The notes below the pieces were generated by a model, which worked only from the letters and a program-made list of their open reading frames with translations, was not told the DNA's origin and ran no database searches. 40,000 nt of DNA from Paraglaciecola arctica BSs20135 (GTDB lineage: Bacteria > Pseudomonadota > Gammaproteobacteria > Enterobacterales > Alteromonadaceae): positions 177,733 to 217,732 of the forward strand of contig NZ_BAEO01000027.1 of the NCBI RefSeq assembly GCF_000314995.1. Direction: 5' to 3'. Made by a program: the position numbers and the translations under genes. Positions 1-9,184 of this stretch are shown here, in pieces. Position 1 is the first letter of the stretch. Each line of letters opens with the position of its first letter.

Positions 1-1349
1 CGTCGTTTATCTGCATAGGGATCAGCATGGGACTTTCAACGTCTGTGTTTGCAGATGATCTCTACCAAGTCTATCAAATGGCTGTTGAGAAAGACCCTAC
101 CATCAACCGCGCTAAAGCTGACAGAGATGCTGCCTTTGAAGGTATATCTATTAGCAGAGCAAACTTATTACCAAAAATATCTGGCTCGATTAGTTACTCT
201 GATAGCACCTCTGAATCATTTAACTTTGATACTGATTCAAATGGTCAACCTTTTGTTGGCATAATTGAAAGTGATTCTAAAAATCTGGGACTAGATTTGA
301 ACCTGAGTCTGTCGATTTATGACAGGCAAAATTGGGTGGCCTTATCCCGTGCTGAAAAAGTGGCACATCAGAGCGATACTAGTTATGCATTATCTAAACA
401 AGATTTGATCGTTAGAACCACTGATGCTTACTTAGCGATATTACGTGCTAAAGATAGCCTTATCTTTGTACAAGCCGAAAAACGTGCGATTGAGCGTCAG
501 TTAGAACAAACTAAACAACGTTTTAATGTGGGGTTAACCGCAATTACAGACGTACATGAAGCCCAAGCCAACTTCGATAATACCGTCGCTCAAGAAATAA
601 TAACCGAGAATGTAGTTGAATTACGCTTAGAAGAAATGCGTGAAATCACCGGAAAGTATCACGATAATTTATCTGTTTTGAATACCGAAAATTTTAGTGC
701 TTCTCGCCCTACGCCAGAAGGTGTCGACAATTGGTTAAAAATAGCGGAACAAAAAAATCTTGATCTTATGGTCAGAAATTTTTCTAAAGACATCGCAAAA
801 GATGATATAGCTTCGGCCAAAGCTGGACATTACCCGACTCTTTCGTTGAGCGGCAGTTACGGTAGAGACGATACCGAAATAAATGGTAACAGTGGTTTTC
901 CAGCCAGAGACAGTAACTCAATAGGTCTGACTTTAAGTGTTCCCATATATTCTGGTGGCGCAGTTAGCGCACAAACAGCTCAAGCTAGATATCGTTTTGT
1001 GGCTGCCAGTGAAGATTTAGAACTTGCTTACCGTTCGACAGTGCGCTCAGTGCGCTCAGCCTACAATGACGTGATTGCAGCTACGTCTACAATTCGTGCG
1101 TTGCAACAAGCCGTAGTTTCTGCCGATAGTGCATTAAAAGCCACAGAAGCAGGTTTTGATGTAGGTACCAGAACAATAGTTGATGTACTTAACAGCACTA
1201 GAAATCAATTTGATGCTAGGCAGCGCCTTGCCAGTGCCCGTTATGACTTTATCAGTGCAATATTAGATTTGAAACGTGCATCGGGAAATCTAACCGAGCA
1301 AGATTTAGTAGACATTAACCGTGGACTGATGCTTGCTAAAGCCAGCTAA
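1..1349 (+). CDS. tolC: TolC-family outer membrane efflux channel (5' end cut by window edge)
   Basis: The frame stays open back to position 3. The residues SFICIGISMGLSTSVFA before ADDLYQVY read as the end of a signal peptide, so the true start lies upstream of the window. The protein shows the two-repeat OEP architecture and typical TolC sequence (DLYQVYQMAVEKDPTINRAKADRDAA; ARYDFISAILDLKRASGNL). Confidence 0.9.
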   Translation, partial: SFICIGISMGLSTSVFADDLYQVYQMAVEKDPTINRAKADRDAAFEGISISRANLLPKISGSISYSDSTSESFNFDTDSNGQPFVGIIESDSKNLGLDLNLSLSIYDRQNWVALSRAEKVAHQSDTSYALSKQDLIVRTTDAYLAILRAKDSLIFVQAEKRAIERQLEQTKQRFNVGLTAITDVHEAQANFDNTVAQEIITENVVELRLEEMREITGKYHDNLSVLNTENFSASRPTPEGVDNWLKIAEQKNLDLMVRNFSKDIAKDDIASAKAGHYPTLSLSGSYGRDDTEINGNSGFPARDSNSIGLTLSVPIYSGGAVSAQTAQARYRFVAASEDLELAYRSTVRSVRSAYNDVIAATSTIRALQQAVVSADSALKATEAGFDVGTRTIVDVLNSTRNQFDARQRLASARYDFISAILDLKRASGNLTEQDLVDINRGLMLAKAS

Positions 1350-1368
1350 CATTCCCAATCTGATTAAA

Positions 1369-1393
1369 GGGGCGGCTTTTGCTGCCCTTTTTT
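1369..1393 (+). terminator. Rho-independent terminator after tolC
   Basis: GGGGCGGC (1369-1376), a TTTT loop and GCTGCCC (1381-1387, with one G-U pair) are followed by T6 at 1388-1393, about 20 nt after the stop codon. Confidence 0.6.
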
Positions 1394-1454
1394 ATTGTCA
1401 GTATGCTTGGTATTGTTAAATCTTAATCAACAACTGAATTGTAGGTGGTAACCC

Positions 1455-2645
1455 ATGACTAACAATAACAAGCTTTATCCGTCTGTTCCTCGTGATAAAA
1501 CAAACAACTATTCCGAGGCATTGGCTAAACAACGTCGTGATTTTGTAAGCCAACAATTAGAAAAACCGCTGCAACATGTTAGTCATTATTCGATTAAGGC
1601 AGAGGATACGGCTGGTAATATAGAAAATTTCATTGGGGTAGCTCAAGTGCCTATTGGTCTTGCTGGCCCATTGTTAGTCAATGGAGAGCACGCCAAAGGT
1701 GCGTTTTATGTGCCACTTGCTACTACTGAAGGTACATTAGTCGCCAGTTATAACAGGGGGATGCGGGTTATTACTGCTGCTGGTGGTGCTAAAGTCACAG
1801 TAGTCGATGACGCAATGCAACGTGCCCCTGTATTTATATTTGAAGACGCCAGGCAAGCTCGTCAAATGGGGGAATGGATTGAAGATAATTTTTCTACTAT
1901 TAAGTCCCAAGCCGAAACAACTACTCAAGTAGGGCAGTTACGTAATATTGAACAATATGCGGCTGCGCGGATGCGTTATCTAAGATTTAACTTCACCACA
2001 GGAGACGCTGCGGGTCAAAATATGGTGAGCAAAGCCTGTTTTGCCGCCTGCGAATGGATACAAGCCAACTACCCCTATCCTGGTTTGAAGCGTTACACTT
2101 TGTCAGGGGCAATGGACACCGATAAAAAACACTCCCAATTAAACACGTTGCACTCTAGAGGTAAACGAGTGATTGCTGAAGTCACCATAAGTGATCAGCT
2201 CCTAAGAGAAAATTTGGGAGTGTCAGCAGATATGTTATTTAAAATGCGCCAAATATCTAATGTAGGTAGCATGATGGCTGGCTCGGTGAATAATGGTGCA
2301 CATTCACCTAATGCCATAGCCGCCATTTTTATAGCCTGTGGGCAAGATGCAGCAAACGTAGCCGAGTCCTCTGCCGCTATTAGCTTTGTCGATGTGGACG
2401 CTGAAGGTAATTATTATTTGGCCATGACTATTCCATCACTTATTGTCGCTACATATGGCGGGGGTACCGCATTAGGGACCCAAAAAGAATGTTTACAGAT
2501 GATGGATTGTTTTGGTGAGGGCAAAGTGAAAAAACTGGCAGAAATAATCGGTGCCACTGTATTGGCCGGTGAATTATCCCTTAGTGCGGCAGTATTGGCT
2601 GGCGATTGGGTGAGCAGTCATGATTCATTAGGGAGAAACCGCTAA
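1455..2645 (+). CDS. Hydroxymethylglutaryl-CoA reductase, soluble class-I (archaeal-like) type
   Basis: The 396-aa ORF carries HMGR catalytic-domain motifs: ATTEGTLVAS (EGxLVAS-type), GDAAGQNM (DAMGxN-type) and ATYGGGT. It has no N-terminal membrane anchor. Confidence 0.85.
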   Translation: MTNNNKLYPSVPRDKTNNYSEALAKQRRDFVSQQLEKPLQHVSHYSIKAEDTAGNIENFIGVAQVPIGLAGPLLVNGEHAKGAFYVPLATTEGTLVASYNRGMRVITAAGGAKVTVVDDAMQRAPVFIFEDARQARQMGEWIEDNFSTIKSQAETTTQVGQLRNIEQYAAARMRYLRFNFTTGDAAGQNMVSKACFAACEWIQANYPYPGLKRYTLSGAMDTDKKHSQLNTLHSRGKRVIAEVTISDQLLRENLGVSADMLFKMRQISNVGSMMAGSVNNGAHSPNAIAAIFIACGQDAANVAESSAAISFVDVDAEGNYYLAMTIPSLIVATYGGGTALGTQKECLQMMDCFGEGKVKKLAEIIGATVLAGELSLSAAVLAGDWVSSHDSLGRNR

Positions 2646-2651
2646 CTGTTT

Positions 2652-2687
2652 AACCTAGCAAGCACTCGACATAAATTTTGCTAGGTT
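2652..2687 (+). terminator. Possible terminator hairpin after the HMG-CoA reductase gene
   Basis: A perfect 9-bp inverted repeat, AACCTAGCA (2652-2660) / TGCTAGGTT (2679-2687), has an 18-nt loop. There is no clear T-run, so confidence is low. Confidence 0.3.
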
Positions 2688-2767
2688 GTTGATAATAGAT
2701 TGACAGCCTAGCCTAATTGAATACTCTATTGCCGATTTTTATTATTTTCTGAGATCCACTTCTTTAT

Positions 2768-3592
2768 ATGCAAAAAATGCAAGCTTCGACTCTACAATCC
2801 AAATTTATCCAAATTCGCTCAAACAAATTATTCGAAATTTTTGTTGTGACTGTTATCGTTTTTTCAGCGCTATTAGTGGGTGCCAAAACCTATGAAATGT
2901 CGGATACCGTTTACAGCATCGCCAAGTTTTTGGATTGGTTTATCAGCGCTTTTTTCTTGACTGAAATTACCATACGGTTTTTGGCCGAGCATCGTAAACG
3001 AGATTTTTTTAAGAGTTTTTGGAATATCTTCGATACCTTGATTGTTATTATTAGCTTAATCCCTGCAGATGATACCGAGTTAGCCTTGGTTGCAAGATTA
3101 GTTAGAGTATTTAGAGTGCTAAGAATGATCTCAATTATCCCTGAGCTCAGAATTTTATTAGTGTCTTTAATTAAAGCACTTCCACAACTTGGTTATGTGA
3201 TGTTGTTGATGTTTATCATTTTCTACATTTATGCCGCTGTTGGCAGCACTTTGTTCGCAACTATTAATCCAGATTTATGGGGGAATATCATTATCTCACT
3301 GCTGACTCTATTTAGAGTCATGACATTTGAGGATTGGACCGACGTGATGTACGAAACAATGGAAGTTTATCCGTTGAGTTGGTTGTTTTATTTGACCTTT
3401 ATTTTCTTCACTGCCTTTGCGTTTTTAAATATGGTGATAGGCATAGTAGTGAACGTAATGGAGCAAGAAAACGCTAACGCCCGCGCCGAAGCATTAGAAG
3501 AAGTAGGGGATCCAAGCCTTAGAGATATTTCTGAGCAAATATCAAAATTGCAAGGGCAAATATTGTCCATGCAGGACAGTAAAGGCTCTTAG
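2768..3592 (+). CDS. BacNaV/NaChBac-family single-domain voltage-gated cation channel
   Basis: The 274-aa protein has six hydrophobic segments. S4 has a basic residue at every third position (ARLVRVFRVLRMISIIPELR, nt 3086-3151). The pore loop reads TLFRVMTFEDWTDVMY, and the C-terminal neck/coiled coil reads ISEQISKLQGQILSMQ. Confidence 0.85.
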   Translation: MQKMQASTLQSKFIQIRSNKLFEIFVVTVIVFSALLVGAKTYEMSDTVYSIAKFLDWFISAFFLTEITIRFLAEHRKRDFFKSFWNIFDTLIVIISLIPADDTELALVARLVRVFRVLRMISIIPELRILLVSLIKALPQLGYVMLLMFIIFYIYAAVGSTLFATINPDLWGNIIISLLTLFRVMTFEDWTDVMYETMEVYPLSWLFYLTFIFFTAFAFLNMVIGIVVNVMEQENANARAEALEEVGDPSLRDISEQISKLQGQILSMQDSKGS

Positions 3593-3702
3593 GGTTAAGT
3601 CATGGTAATTCTTAATGTGAAATAGTCTTGTACCAATTACCTCAATTATTTGATCTCTACAGCCTTGTCTCTGTTACAGGCTTTATTATCTTTTGTTATT
3701 GT

Positions 3703-3734
3703 CCCATAATGTAAGTGATTACTTACATTATGGG
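3703..3734. terminator. Bidirectional terminator-like perfect palindrome between convergent genes
   Basis: CCCATAATGTAAGT (3703-3716), loop GATT and ACTTACATTATGGG (3721-3734) form a 14-bp perfect stem. It lies between the channel gene (+) and the malic enzyme gene (-). Confidence 0.55.
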
Positions 3735-3749
3735 AAATGCACGATAGCC

Positions 3750-4991
3750 CTAAAGCATATAGCTCTCAGGCATTGGCAATGCAGCCACACCAGAGTCAAT
3801 CGCAGCTTGTGCTACTGCTCTAGCAACAGTAGGCAATAAGCGTGGATCCATGGGCTTGGGGATAATATAATTTTTACCAAAATTTAATTCTTTTACACCA
3901 CTGGCAATTAATACTTCTCTAGGGACTGGCTCTTTAGCCAAAGCGCGAATGGCATGAACCGCTGCGATTTTCATATCATCATTAATAGTGCTGGCGCGAA
4001 CATCTAATGCACCTCGAAAAATAAATGGAAAACATAAAACATTATTCACCTGATTCGGATAATCGCTTCGACCCGTTGCCATTATAAGATCCTCTCGCAC
4101 CGCCAAAGCATCCTCAGGTTTAATTTCAGGATCTGGATTAGAACAGGCAAAGATAATTGGATTAACAGCCATTAATTTAACTTGCTCTTGCGATAGTAAA
4201 TTTGGACCAGAGACACCAACAAAAACATCTGCTCCATTGATTGCATCATCTAAAGAACGTTTATCTGTGTTGTTTGCAAATAATTTTTTATATTCATTTA
4301 AATCATCACGACGTGTATGCACTACACCTTTTGTATCTAGCATATATATTTTTTCACGCTGTGCACCGCATTTTATCAGCAATTTCATACATGCAATGGC
4401 GGCAGCACCAGCGCCTAAACAAGTAATGTTGACTTGTTTAATATCTTTACCTTGAATATCCAACGCATTCATCAAACCCGCCGCAGTCACAATCGCTGTG
4501 CCGTGTTGGTCATCATGAAATACTGGGATTTTACAACGCTCAATTAAGGCTTTTTCTATAACAAAACATTCAGGTGCTTTAATATCTTCAAGATTAATGC
4601 CGCCAAAGCTATCCGCAATATTGGCTACAGTGTTTACAAACTCTTCAACGGTTTTGTGTGTCACTTCAATATCGAATGAGTCAACATTAGCAAAACGTTT
4701 AAATAATAATGACTTACCCTCCATTACCGGTTTTGATGCCATAGGACCTATATTGCCTAAACCTAAAACAGCCGTACCATTAGTAATGACCGCAACCATA
4801 TTGCCTTTAGCGGTATATTTATAAACATCATCTGGGTTATCAACTATTTCACGGCATGGTTCAGCAACTCCAGGACTATAGGCTAGCGATAAATCTTCAC
4901 TAGTTTCTGCGGCAGTCGTTAATGAGATACTAATTTTACCTGGGGTTGGTAGGGAGTGGTAATCAAGCGCTTGTTGGCGTAGTACTGACAT
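3750..4991 (-). CDS. NAD(P)-dependent malic enzyme (short form, no PTA-like domain)
   Basis: The 413-aa ORF has typical malic-enzyme blocks: LSLAYSPGVAEPC, VAVITNGTAVLGLGNIGP, IPVFHDDQHGTAIV, GAGAAAIA and NNVLCFPFIFRGALD. Confidence 0.92.
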   Translation of the reverse strand: MSVLRQQALDYHSLPTPGKISISLTTAAETSEDLSLAYSPGVAEPCREIVDNPDDVYKYTAKGNMVAVITNGTAVLGLGNIGPMASKPVMEGKSLLFKRFANVDSFDIEVTHKTVEEFVNTVANIADSFGGINLEDIKAPECFVIEKALIERCKIPVFHDDQHGTAIVTAAGLMNALDIQGKDIKQVNITCLGAGAAAIACMKLLIKCGAQREKIYMLDTKGVVHTRRDDLNEYKKLFANNTDKRSLDDAINGADVFVGVSGPNLLSQEQVKLMAVNPIIFACSNPDPEIKPEDALAVREDLIMATGRSDYPNQVNNVLCFPFIFRGALDVRASTINDDMKIAAVHAIRALAKEPVPREVLIASGVKELNFGKNYIIPKPMDPRLLPTVARAVAQAAIDSGVAALPMPESYML

Positions 4992-5129
4992 TCTTATTTC
5001 CTAGTGTATTCGTTGGATATTTTATAAGTAGATATTTTGTTGTTCTTGTTATGTTCTTTAGCGTTTGATTTTTTTTGATAACGGTTGAATTAAATGGCCT
5101 ACTGCGCAAAATGGGGTAAGCCATATGGA

Positions 5130-6356
5130 TCAAACTGCCAACATATCTTTCATTGAGATATCTACATTAGCCAATTTATCTTCTGCAACTATGATGTTTT
5201 CGATGATTAATTTTTTACCTATCATGAATTCCGCTGGGCTATTTACCGCATCAACGGCAATAACACGCTGTTCAAGTAAATAAAATACCGCAAAACGTCG
5301 GCCTTGTTGTATATCCCCACGAACCACGAATGAGTCGTAGCCTTGTGATAAACCAGCGATTTGTAGTTTCATGTCATATTGATCAGACCAAAACCAGGGC
5401 AAGGTGTTATATGCGACTTGTTTACCACATAGGTACGCTGCTGCCGTTTTAGCTTGTTCGGTAGCATTTTGTACCGACTCTAACCGTATATGTTTTTTAT
5501 AAATAGGATTGTAATGCCAAGCACAGTCGCCGCTTGCAACAATGTCAGGATCGCTTGTACATGCAAACTCATTAACTTCAATACCATTACTGACGGTTAA
5601 ACCCGCTTGTTGTGCAATTTCTTGATTGGGTAATACACCAACACCTACAATGATAAGATCCGCTGGATAACGATCATTATTAGTACACACAACAGTGTTT
5701 TGATTTATTTGTGGTTCAATGGAAGAAACAATAACTTCAGTAACAATTTTCACACCTTCTTCAGTGTGAACTCGAGTATAAAATTCGGATAATGGCGGTG
5801 CAGTAACGCGCTCCAAAACTCTGGGCATCATTTCTAATACTGTTACATCCATTCCAAGTTTACGTAGGACTGCGGCGGTTTCTAAGCCGATATAACCACC
5901 ACCAATAATTATAGCTTTTTTGTCTTTTATGGCCAAGGTCTTGATATAGTCAACATCTTTAGCTGTTTTTAAATAAGATATTCCTGAGAGTTCAGCGCCT
6001 GGTATCGCTAATTTTCTTACTTTTGACCCGAGTGTAAGTGCTAACTTATCGTAATGAAGTATGTCACCATTGTTTAACGTTATTGTTTTATTGTCAGGAT
6101 CAATCGCTTGCAGACCAACCCCTAACTTAAATTCTATTTGTTGCTTTTCGTAAAACGCTGCCGGTCGTATGAGAATATTACTTAATTCTTTTGTACCCGC
6201 TAGATAAGCTTTTGATAAAGGAGGGCGGTGATAAGGTAAAGCGTCTTCGTCACCGACAATAAGAATACGCCCTTTCCAACCTTCTTGGCGTAGGCTAACA
6301 CTCATTTGTGCCGCACTATGCCCAGCACCTATGATAATACAGATTTTGTCTAACAT
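5130..6356 (-). CDS. FAD-dependent ferredoxin--NAD(P)+ reductase (putidaredoxin/rubredoxin-reductase class)
   Basis: The 408-aa ORF has two dinucleotide-binding motifs (IIIGAGHSAAQ at the N-terminus; IIIGGGYIGLETAA mid-protein), YHRPPLSK, and a C-terminal reductase dimerisation-type region (PWFWSDQYD). Confidence 0.88.
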   Translation of the reverse strand: MLDKICIIIGAGHSAAQMSVSLRQEGWKGRILIVGDEDALPYHRPPLSKAYLAGTKELSNILIRPAAFYEKQQIEFKLGVGLQAIDPDNKTITLNNGDILHYDKLALTLGSKVRKLAIPGAELSGISYLKTAKDVDYIKTLAIKDKKAIIIGGGYIGLETAAVLRKLGMDVTVLEMMPRVLERVTAPPLSEFYTRVHTEEGVKIVTEVIVSSIEPQINQNTVVCTNNDRYPADLIIVGVGVLPNQEIAQQAGLTVSNGIEVNEFACTSDPDIVASGDCAWHYNPIYKKHIRLESVQNATEQAKTAAAYLCGKQVAYNTLPWFWSDQYDMKLQIAGLSQGYDSFVVRGDIQQGRRFAVFYLLEQRVIAVDAVNSPAEFMIGKKLIIENIIVAEDKLANVDISMKDMLAV

Positions 6357-6498
6357 TATTTTACCCCACTCTTAAAAATACTATCTTGTTAAGGCAGCTG
6401 ATCTTTACTGAATTAATTTTGTTTAAATCCAAAGTCTTTTGACCGCGGCAAGTAACAGTAAACACACGCCTAAGCTCATTAGTCCTAGTATTTGACGA

Positions 6499-7443
6499 CT
6501 AACTTGTTTTTTGACGTCGGGTTTCTGAATCTAACCCCCCTAGTACTCCCCATTCGGCATAATTTTCAGGCGTTGGGTCTAAATTAAGACGTGGTTTCCA
6601 ATCGCGGGTTAAATAATCTTCATCGGAGTAATATTCTACCTGGCCGCCGCCTGGACATTGAAAATACCAGAAAAATGCAGATGAAATAGGATGACGGCCT
6701 GGACCGATAAGGGTATCCCATTTACAGCCACTAAAATGTAGGCCTCCACCCACCACTTCATATATATCGCGCAACAAAAAGGAAACATGATTAATGCCTT
6801 TTTTGCGGTTAGGAACTTTTAGTAAGAATAAGTTGTGATGAGTTCCTTCTTCGACACAGCGACTGAAGAACCCGCGGTTTGGATAAGCATCGGTGATGTT
6901 GAAGCCTAATAAATCTATGTAAAAACGTTGATGCGCCTCCAGATCTTCAACAAAGAAAACCACATGGGCAATACGTATAGGGGTGGCTCTATCATAAACT
7001 GGAGCAGGTAAATCAACCCGTAAAGGTTGATCATAGGTATTGCAAGGCGTGCCTTTAACATTGGCTTTTTGGCATTTGGTCACTTGGAAACCAATAGAGA
7101 GGCCGTTTGGATCAGTGCAACGGGCAATACCATCATCTCCCCAAGTAATATCGACACTTGAAGATATTTTATCAACGAAACTATGAAGTGCAGTTTGGTT
7201 TGTCACTCCCCAAATAACTTCACGTACTGTGGGACCCACTTCTATCGCCTTGGGCAATTGAGGATCTGCAGTTTTACGTAAGATAATTTGCGATTTTTCT
7301 AACGTTTCTAATACCTTAATATCCGTTTCATCTTTTACTAAATTTAGGCCCCAATCGGAAAAAAATTGACTCGCTTGCTGCATGTCATCAACACCGTAAA
7401 TTACTTTTTCTATACCAGTTAAACAGTTCATGATTTGTTCCAA
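6499..7443 (-). CDS. VOC/glyoxalase-family two-domain extradiol-type dioxygenase
   Basis: The 314-aa ORF contains two VOC modules. Module 1 is VIYGVDDMQQASQFFSDWGL. Module 2 is IAHVVFFVEDLEAHQRFYIDLLGF followed by HHNLFLL and INHVSF. Confidence 0.75.
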   Translation of the reverse strand: MEQIMNCLTGIEKVIYGVDDMQQASQFFSDWGLNLVKDETDIKVLETLEKSQIILRKTADPQLPKAIEVGPTVREVIWGVTNQTALHSFVDKISSSVDITWGDDGIARCTDPNGLSIGFQVTKCQKANVKGTPCNTYDQPLRVDLPAPVYDRATPIRIAHVVFFVEDLEAHQRFYIDLLGFNITDAYPNRGFFSRCVEEGTHHNLFLLKVPNRKKGINHVSFLLRDIYEVVGGGLHFSGCKWDTLIGPGRHPISSAFFWYFQCPGGGQVEYYSDEDYLTRDWKPRLNLDPTPENYAEWGVLGGLDSETRRQKTS

Positions 7444-7451
7444 AATTTAAG

Positions 7452-8258
7452 TTAAATATGCTTATTCATACCACCAGACACATCGATAGTGCTGCCTGTG
7501 GTATAAGAAGATGCTGGGGAAGCCAGATACAATAATGCTTTGGCCGGTTCTTCAGGATGACCAAATCTAGCGAGTGGAATATTTTTTTGTTTAGCTAAGT
7601 GACCAAGCCAGGTTTGGTATGATTCAGTATTCGGTTCATTTAGAAATTTGGCATGAGCATATCGTTTTTGCCATTGCCCAGACTCTATGGTGCCGAGTAA
7701 AATTGAATTTACCCGGATGCCCTTGCAGGCAAATTCTTTGGCCATACTTTGAACCAAGTTTAATAAACCCGCTCTGGCCGCTGAGGTAGCAACCATATGA
7801 GGCTCGGGTTGTAACGCCAGCAAGGAGTTAACACAAACTATCGAGGCATCTACTGAACCTTCTAATAAAGGTAGTAATGCTTGAGTTGGATAAATTACCC
7901 CAAAAAACTTTAAATTTAACTCGCTTAACCATGCTTCATCTGTGGTATCTACAAATTTTGAGACTCGGCCGCCGCCAGCGTTATTTATTAACGCATTTAT
8001 GTGACCAAAGCGTTTTTCAATCGCATTAGCAAAAGTAGCTAATTGATCTTTATCCAATACATCACAACAATGAGCTAAAATATTACTCTCAGGATATTGA
8101 CTCTCTAATTGGGTTAACGTCTCAGCTATTGTTGATTCATTACGTGCACAAAATGCCACATTTGCGCCTTCAGCTAATAATAATTTAACTGTAGCTAAAC
8201 CAATTCCTGATGTGCCACCCGTTACAACAACGGTTTTATTTTTAAGGCCTAAGTCCAT
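7452..8258 (-). CDS. Short-chain dehydrogenase/reductase (SDR)
   Basis: TGGTSGIGLA (the TGxxxGIG cofactor motif), NNAG, and a Ser...Ala-x3-Ala-type active-site region. The catalytic Tyr appears to be replaced (SAARAGL), so this may be an atypical SDR. Confidence 0.8.
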   Translation of the reverse strand: MDLGLKNKTVVVTGGTSGIGLATVKLLLAEGANVAFCARNESTIAETLTQLESQYPESNILAHCCDVLDKDQLATFANAIEKRFGHINALINNAGGGRVSKFVDTTDEAWLSELNLKFFGVIYPTQALLPLLEGSVDASIVCVNSLLALQPEPHMVATSAARAGLLNLVQSMAKEFACKGIRVNSILLGTIESGQWQKRYAHAKFLNEPNTESYQTWLGHLAKQKNIPLARFGHPEEPAKALLYLASPASSYTTGSTIDVSGGMNKHI

Positions 8259-8273
8259 GTGTTTAACTCCTCT

Positions 8274-9140
8274 TTATTGTTTAATTTTATTACCGATAAA
8301 GCTAAGCAATAAACGTTCAAAAACATTTGCTTGCTCAATATAGGCTGCATGCCCTGCATCGGGTATTTTTTGAAAAATACTCGACTGACAAACCTTTGCC
8401 ACCAAAAGTGCATTTTCTTCTGGCACCACAATATCCTCTGCGCCATATAACACTAATACTGGCTTAGTGTAGTTTTCTATATCCGCAATTAAATCAGAGG
8501 AAACTAGCAGTGACGCCGCCTGGCTATAGCCGTAATGTCTTAAGCGACGAGTATTGAATTGGACAATGTCAAAGGCTGTCTGCTGGGCGTTGGCAGAGAG
8601 TAGGCGTAACGGACTGATGTTGGCCATGCCTTCCACACCAGTTTTTTCTATATCTGCGATACGCGCATTTAGTAATTCATCGCGTATTTTTTTAGAGCTC
8701 TTACCGTATCCTAAGGCTGGGTTGACTAAAGTCAGCGATTGTATTTTATCAGGCCAACTCTTAGCAAAAGCCGCAGCAACAATGGCACCCAATGAATGAC
8801 CTACTAAATGAATTTTATCAAGTTGCAAATGAGTGATAAACAACAATAACCGTTCGGCATATGCTTGGCTTTCTGAGGGGGAATCGGCCATTAAACTGGA
8901 ATCACCATAACCAGGCGCATCCCACGCGATTAATCGGCATCCGCCAAATTTACTTTCCAATTGCTGCAGCCATGAAGCTGAACCAGAGCCAATACCGTGT
9001 AAAAAGACAATTGTTGTGGTGCTCTTAACGCCATTTTCTCGATAGGAAATAGCGATTTCCTTTTCGGTCATTAACTGTAAAGGGTATTGGGCTAATCTAG
9101 CCGTTATTTGTTGAAAACGCTCAACACTATCATTTGTCAT
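8274..9140 (-). CDS. Alpha/beta-fold hydrolase (meta-cleavage-product hydrolase-like)
   Basis: The 288-aa ORF has an HGIGSGS oxyanion region, the nucleophile elbow GHSLGA and a C-terminal DAGHAAY histidine motif. Confidence 0.8.
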   Translation of the reverse strand: MTNDSVERFQQITARLAQYPLQLMTEKEIAISYRENGVKSTTTIVFLHGIGSGSASWLQQLESKFGGCRLIAWDAPGYGDSSLMADSPSESQAYAERLLLFITHLQLDKIHLVGHSLGAIVAAAFAKSWPDKIQSLTLVNPALGYGKSSKKIRDELLNARIADIEKTGVEGMANISPLRLLSANAQQTAFDIVQFNTRRLRHYGYSQAASLLVSSDLIADIENYTKPVLVLYGAEDIVVPEENALLVAKVCQSSIFQKIPDAGHAAYIEQANVFERLLLSFIGNKIKQ

Positions 9141-9184
9141 TAATCATCTACTCATTCATTTAATAGGAATATCCACAACGCCAA

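Noticed and set aside
4237-4824. ORF-track entries 4237..4455, 4241..4426 and 4597..4824 (+) lie inside the malic enzyme gene. The same situation applies to 1737..1928, 3388..3570, 8554..8799, 10203..10394, 11084..12372, 13357..13578, 13870..14097, 15298..15486, 15966..16208, 17951..18133, 18440..18640, 19800..20072, 20110..20298, 21576..21824, 22495..23052, 31671..31862, 32199..32419 and 32644..32922.
   Set aside because: All of them lie antisense to, or out of frame within, long ORFs that have clear family motifs. Their translations are low-complexity or Ser/Leu/Ile-rich, with no motifs and no SD. I treat them as shadow ORFs.
8249-8446. A 65-aa minus-strand ORF bridging the hydrolase/SDR junction.
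   Set aside because: It is out of frame with the 3' end of the hydrolase gene and overlaps both that gene and the SDR start. Its sequence is rich in W, Q and K, with no features.
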